A stretch of DNA of 64,000 bases, from the NCBI GenBank assembly GCA_964441235.1, contig CAYTUQ010000004.1, positions 6,269 to 70,268 on the forward strand, in the 5' to 3' direction. The notes under the pieces were generated by a model. It did not search any database. It saw only the letters and a program-made list of their open reading frames with translations, and had not been told where the DNA came from. How positions within the stretch are numbered: position 1 is the stretch's first letter; each line of letters opens with the position of its first letter. Source of the DNA: an uncultured bacterium (GTDB lineage Bacteria > Fidelibacterota > UBA2242). Shown one piece after another: positions 59,343 to 64,000 of this stretch. A program made the position numbers and the translations under genes.

Positions 59343-60316
59343 AGCTATTAGATGATATCCGGGAACAGGCTAAAATACGGAATAAAAGTATAGTGTTGCC
59401 GGAAGCTCATGATGACCGGATTATTAAAGCTGCAAGTATTTTACAGAGGGAGGGAATCGCCAGACCCTTACTTATTGGCAAGAGGGAGAAGATTGAAAAG
59501 AAAGCTGCTGATTTGAACGTTTCTCTTGATGGTGTGAAGATTATTGATCCTGAAGGATATGAACATTTTTCTGAGTTTGCTGAGTCGTATTATGAGAAGA
59601 GGAAAAAGAAAGGTGTAACTCTTCAGGATGCAGAAAAAATCATGGTCAATCCTACATTTTTTGGGGCAATGGTTTTAGAAAAAGGGCTGGCTGATGGATG
59701 CTTATCCGGTGCTGATACAAGTACTGGTAATGTGCTGCGTGCCGCTTTGCATATTATAGGAACTGCGCCCGATATTAAAACAGTTTCAAGTGATATTTTA
59801 TTAATTACCCCGGATGAAAAAAATGTATGGAGTTTTGCCGATTGTGCAGTAATGCCTGATCCGAACTCCGAGCAATTAGCAGATATAGCAATAGCCACTG
59901 CTGAAACACATAGAAAGGTTGTAAAAGAAGAACCTATAGTTGCAATGCTCTCTTTTTCTACAAAAGGAAGCGCTAAACATCCTCTTGTTGATAAAGTTAT
60001 AGAAGCAACAAAAATAGTAAGACAAAAAAGACCTGATCTTAAAATTGATGGCGAACTTCAGCTTGATGCAGCAATTGTTGAAAAAGTCGGAGAAAAAAAA
60101 GCGCCGGGAAGCCCGGTTGCCGGTAAAGCAAATGTTTTGATTTTCCCCGGTTTGGAGTCTGGAAATATTGGGTACAAATTAACACAGAGAATTGGCGGAT
60201 GTGAAGCGATTGGTCCTATTATACAGGGACTCAATAAACCGATGAATGACCTTTCAAGAGGTTGTAGCGTTGAAGATATTGTTAATGTTTCTGCTATTCT
60301 ATGCAATCTTGCTTAA
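59339..60316 (+). CDS. pta: Phosphate acyltransferase (Pta/Ptb family).
   Basis: Phosphate acetyl/butyryl transferase fold motifs (GADTSTGNVLRAAL and CAVMPDPN). Confidence 0.65.
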   Translation: MKLLDDIREQAKIRNKSIVLPEAHDDRIIKAASILQREGIARPLLIGKREKIEKKAADLNVSLDGVKIIDPEGYEHFSEFAESYYEKRKKKGVTLQDAEKIMVNPTFFGAMVLEKGLADGCLSGADTSTGNVLRAALHIIGTAPDIKTVSSDILLITPDEKNVWSFADCAVMPDPNSEQLADIAIATAETHRKVVKEEPIVAMLSFSTKGSAKHPLVDKVIEATKIVRQKRPDLKIDGELQLDAAIVEKVGEKKAPGSPVAGKANVLIFPGLESGNIGYKLTQRIGGCEAIGPIIQGLNKPMNDLSRGCSVEDIVNVSAILCNLA

Positions 60317-60328
60317 TGGGATTGAATT

Positions 60329-60637
60329 ATGCCGATTTATGAATATGTATGTAAAAATTGTGGGTATGAGTTCGAGAATTTTCAAAGTATCTCCTCTGAA
60401 CCTATAAAAGTATGTCCGAAATGTGGGCATGAAAGTGTCCAGCGAAAACTGAGCGGAGGAGTTGGATTAATTTTTAAAGGTTCTGGTTTTTATTGTACGG
60501 ATTATACTAAAAATAGTAGTAGTGCCGGTTCAGAGAGCGAAAGTGAAAAAAAGAAAGTGGAACCAGTAGAAGATAAACAGAAGGCAAAATCAATAGCAGG
60601 TAAGTCAACTGCCGAAAAAGAAGAGAGAAAATATTAG
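60329..60637 (+). CDS. FmdB-family zinc-ribbon protein.
   Basis: MPIYEYVCKNCGYEFE...CPKCG matches the FmdB consensus. Confidence 0.75.
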   Translation: MPIYEYVCKNCGYEFENFQSISSEPIKVCPKCGHESVQRKLSGGVGLIFKGSGFYCTDYTKNSSSAGSESESEKKKVEPVEDKQKAKSIAGKSTAEKEERKY

Positions 60638-60986
60638 ATAAAATAGATTTAGGAGATGTCCGGGTTTCTTCCAAAAGGATGGTTTACTTAAAAAAATCTG
60701 AATATTTTACGTTATTGCTTTAAATCAAAATATTTTATTGCAATAGACAGAAACATAAATTAATTTGTAATAAAGAATTTCTCTTCTGGCAAGGGAAAGG
60801 TGGGAAATGGATTTTATTTAGTGTCAATGATTGAAGATGATCGCTAATATAAATTGGATATTTTCTGATATCTCGAGACAAAATCTGGTATTTTACAACG
60901 GGTTATTGATTTTTATCTAATATTGTGTCGTTACATATTCGAAGCTGTAGTACGATTTTTCCGATATAGATTTTCTTCATCGAGAA

Positions 60987-61382
60987 GTGCAATTACAGTG
61001 TGTTGAAATGAATTTTTTTCGCAATTTAATTTTTATTCTAATAGCATTTACACCAGTTTTTATGTTCTCGCAAACTGGGGAAGTGCAAGATTCTAAAAAC
61101 ATAGCGGTTATGAATCTTACTCCTCGAAATGTATCGGAGGTTGAAGCGAGTGTTGTTTCTGATAGAATTAGAATAGCATTAAAGCAAACGGGCAAATTCA
61201 CAGTTATTGAGCGAGAATTAATGAGTAAATTACTGGAAGAACAGCAGCTTCGACAGGCTGGATGCATTTAGTCTGAGTGTATGGCTGAAGTTGGCGAACT
61301 GCTTTCAGTCAGGCAAATTGTCGGCGGCAGTATTTCAAAGATTGGTAATTTGTATGTTATCGGAGCAAAGGTTTTTGATTAA
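60987..61382 (+). pseudogene. CsgG/TolB-N-like fold lipoprotein gene containing an in-frame TAG.
   Basis: IAVMNLTP...VSDRIRIALKQTGKFTVIERELMSKLLEEQQLRQAGCI*SECMAEVGELLSVRQIVGGSISKIGNLYVIGAKVFD. The TAG at 61269-61271 lies within the conserved domain. Confidence 0.4.
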
Positions 61383-61385
61383 ATA

Positions 61386-62612
61386 ATGAATCGTTTATTA
61401 CTCTTTGGATTATTATCAACACTATTTTTATTTTCGGGAACGGAAGCAGAAGTTCATCCGAAATATGAATTTAATACCCTAAGAAATGAGCAGCAGTTTA
61501 AAAAAATATTACCTGATTTAAAAGAAAGTAATTCTCTTGACACTTTGATCAAAAGAAATAATGACTTGATATTACTGAAGTTCTTCAAGGCAACAATAAA
61601 GAGTAAGAATGTTATTGTTATTTTAGAAATTAAAAATAGTAATGTTATTTCGCACATAGGTCTTTATCTCTTTAGCAGAAATAAACCGTTAATAGATTAT
61701 GATATAGCACACTTTTTAGAGCGAATGTTACTGGATTATTTATCAGAAGACCATGAGATAGCCTTTTCAAAATCCAGAACTGAAAACATTTCTATTATTT
61801 TAAACGGATTACAATACGGATGCCTTGGATTTACGGAGTTGAATTCTATTCTAGATATATTATATGACAATGAATCATTTATTTTAAAAAAGAAAAATCT
61901 TCTTTACTCAGCAACCTGGAGAAATAAATATGGAGATCAACTTGATATTGTGTTTCCGGCAAGATTTGACCTGATATCAGGGAAAGACAAAACAGAATTA
62001 GATGAATTGCTAATAGCGCAGATTACATCATTTGAGCCCAAGAAAAATTCAAAAAAACCATTTAACTATCCGGTAACAGACTCAGGAAAAATTGAACTAT
62101 TGAAGGATTCGATTTACGTGCTAAGGGGAAACGAGTTTTTTAAGGGACTAAACTCCAACCGGTATCTGACTAAAAAACGGCAAAGACTCACATTACTACA
62201 TGATCCCAATTATTTAGAGGAAAGCATTTCAAATTTGTTCCTGGAACCCGATTACTCCAGAAGTCCAATTACCGTAAATATAACTTTTATGTCGCAAAGT
62301 GGGGAAAAAGAGCCGGCTCAATTGCCACTTAAAAACCTGATAAAATATTTTCTATTTGATTATGATATTTACATAGGTTTCGAAAACAGTTTTTCTGACA
62401 CAATAAAAACAATTGCCATCTTTGTAAGTAAGAAATTTACCCACCTGCATCTAATGCGCACTGATATTCCAACAGAAAGCGTATTCAGTTCTGAACCTTC
62501 AACAGTTAATGCCAAATTAAATACAAATATCCGGTTTGACAACGTGAAGGAAATCTTTGCTAAATACATCAGAAGAAACACAAAGAAAGTTCATATCAAG
62601 ATTGAGAATTAG
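61386..62612 (+). CDS. Hypothetical secreted protein.
   Basis: Signal peptide. 408 aa. Confidence 0.4.
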   Translation: MNRLLLFGLLSTLFLFSGTEAEVHPKYEFNTLRNEQQFKKILPDLKESNSLDTLIKRNNDLILLKFFKATIKSKNVIVILEIKNSNVISHIGLYLFSRNKPLIDYDIAHFLERMLLDYLSEDHEIAFSKSRTENISIILNGLQYGCLGFTELNSILDILYDNESFILKKKNLLYSATWRNKYGDQLDIVFPARFDLISGKDKTELDELLIAQITSFEPKKNSKKPFNYPVTDSGKIELLKDSIYVLRGNEFFKGLNSNRYLTKKRQRLTLLHDPNYLEESISNLFLEPDYSRSPITVNITFMSQSGEKEPAQLPLKNLIKYFLFDYDIYIGFENSFSDTIKTIAIFVSKKFTHLHLMRTDIPTESVFSSEPSTVNAKLNTNIRFDNVKEIFAKYIRRNTKKVHIKIEN

Positions 62613-62680
62613 AGCATTAAAATTTGGAAATTAGATGATAATTTATTAATATAAAAAAAATGTATAGCAGTAGGTGAAAA

Positions 62681-64000
62681 ATGAAAAAGATGCGAGGAAA
62701 TTTCTATTATTTATATCTTGGAATCAGCTTCTGTCTCTTTTGTGGAATAGTGACTTCTTCTGTTTTATATGCACAAACAGAAAGGGAAATCCAACTCTCC
62801 GGCAAATATTACTGGGGAACTGCTAATGGAGAGGATGAAAAAAGTACGAAAGAGGCGGGTCTAAAGGATTTAATTTTTAATATTCAGGCAAACATTAGCC
62901 TGAGTCAACTTGATATAGAAGAAGAAAAAGATGGCAGGGTTAGTTCCTACTTCAGTTCAATAATAAAAAGTTCATCGAGATTATCACTTAGGGGAGTTCA
63001 GTACCTTGTTTCTCGGAGCAAGGACAAGTATAAAGTCATTGCATACATCTCTAAAGATGATTTTCAGAAGGCTTTTGAAAATATATCAGCAAATATCGGA
63101 GATATGGTAAAGTTGACAGAGCAAAACGAAATAAAAAACGGAATAGTTAAAACTTTTCACAATTACTATATCGCATATCTAAAAACCTTTTATCACCCGG
63201 ATCCCATATTTTATAAAAGTATAACGATGGGTAAAGAATTTCAGAGCATTCGTCCATTTCTGGAAGAAAAAGTAACATCATTCTTGAATGGAATTACCAT
63301 CGTTTCAGAAAGCGCCACGTATGATCCTTCAATTGAGATGATAACTATTCCCTTTTTGGTATGCTACGAGGATCAATTAGTTGATGGAATTACCCTCCAG
63401 CTTGATCTCCCGGATCAATCCGAACGGCGTGTAAATAATGGTTCAACGGAGCTCTTTCTATATTTCCAGCCTTCTAATATAAAGAGAAAAATTCCCGTGC
63501 TCCTGGGAGTATATATAGACGAAAAGAAGGGTTCTCAGGATTTATTGGATATCCATAGAACCTCAAAAATAATATGTAGAAAAGAGGCAAGTATAGATTT
63601 TTCCAGTATTATCCAGTTATCCTTCAAAATTGAGAAGAAGGAATCCGGTATGCTCTCATTTCAACCGGTCATTAAAAATTTAAGCATATCAAACATTGAG
63701 TGGGACTTTGGAGATGGATCAACTTCAACAGAGTACAACCCACTCCACAAATACAAGGACTCCAGGAGACATAAAGTTACTTTAATACTAAATCATTCCG
63801 AAAGTCTTAAAATAACTCGGGATATTTTACCAGATGGCACTGTTTTTATAAAAACTCCTCAATTAACTTTCGTTCAGGAATTATCTCAGTTAAAAGACTT
63901 TAAGGAACTAAGACAACTTCTTAAATATTATAAAAGCAAAGGGAAATTAATGTATGGTAAAAAAGAGGCATTTCTATATCCAGAGAAGTGCCTTATTTTT
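62681..64000 (+). CDS. Secreted PKD-domain protein. Partial: the 3' end lies beyond the window.
   Basis: Signal peptide. WDFGDGSTSTEYNPLHKYKDSRRHKVTLILNH is a PKD signature. Manual translation is open to the window end. Confidence 0.5.
   Translation, partial: MKKMRGNFYYLYLGISFCLFCGIVTSSVLYAQTEREIQLSGKYYWGTANGEDEKSTKEAGLKDLIFNIQANISLSQLDIEEEKDGRVSSYFSSIIKSSSRLSLRGVQYLVSRSKDKYKVIAYISKDDFQKAFENISANIGDMVKLTEQNEIKNGIVKTFHNYYIAYLKTFYHPDPIFYKSITMGKEFQSIRPFLEEKVTSFLNGITIVSESATYDPSIEMITIPFLVCYEDQLVDGITLQLDLPDQSERRVNNGSTELFLYFQPSNIKRKIPVLLGVYIDEKKGSQDLLDIHRTSKIICRKEASIDFSSIIQLSFKIEKKESGMLSFQPVIKNLSISNIEWDFGDGSTSTEYNPLHKYKDSRRHKVTLILNHSESLKITRDILPDGTVFIKTPQLTFVQELSQLKDFKELRQLLKYYKSKGKLMYGKKEAFLYPEKCLIF

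Noticed and set aside
1-64000. tRNA, rRNA or tmRNA genes.
   Set aside because: No GTTCGAATC/T-arm-like cores in a tRNA context, and no rRNA-like conserved blocks were seen. None are called.

Overview
This is an AT-rich chromosomal segment from a bacterium of the FCB group. It encodes type IX secretion (T9SS) C-terminal sorting domains, yet the promoters I can see are of the sigma70 TTGACA/TATAAT type rather than Bacteroidia-like. Most of the window is core genome. On the minus strand are a Pho cluster (porin-pstS-pstC-pstA plus phoB-phoR), a VapBC-like toxin-antitoxin pair, the complete dcw cell-division/cell-wall cluster (mraZ-rsmH-ftsL-ftsI-murE-murF-mraY-murD-ftsW-murG-murC-ftsQ-ftsA-ftsZ), a RodZ-like protein, maf and a 1337-aa peptidase C25 with a T9SS C-terminal domain. 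On the plus strand are an FMN riboswitch controlling ribD-ribE-ribBA-ribH, a T9SS-sorted beta-propeller protein, rpmB, ftsEX, remnants of hrcA followed by grpE-dnaJ, comEA with three hypothetical membrane proteins, rsmD-coaD-pta and a small surface-protein module. Several features are not ordinary. A roughly 6-kb accessory island (44.3-50.4 kb) carries a decayed hsdR N-terminus, a SIR2-like NADase-domain gene translationally coupled to a 925-aa all-helical partner (a candidate two-gene, split DSR2-like defence system), and a RelE/HigB-like plus HTH toxin-antitoxin module. A 140-170 bp MITE-like element with 18-bp terminal inverted repeats is present twice, once inside the dcw cluster between mraY and murF and once inside the degraded hrcA. 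An AmmeMemoRadiSam operon appears to be entirely exported: a Tat-signal radical SAM enzyme, a Sec-signal Memo-AMMECR1 fusion and a lipoprotein. Both Pho-regulon promoters share an 11-bp-spaced direct repeat that is a candidate Pho box. There is also an 11-bp tandem repeat array, a family of hairpin-rich CCGAAGG/CCTTCGG intergenic elements, and three genes carrying an in-frame stop or a homopolymer frameshift. I found no rRNA, tRNA or CRISPR.
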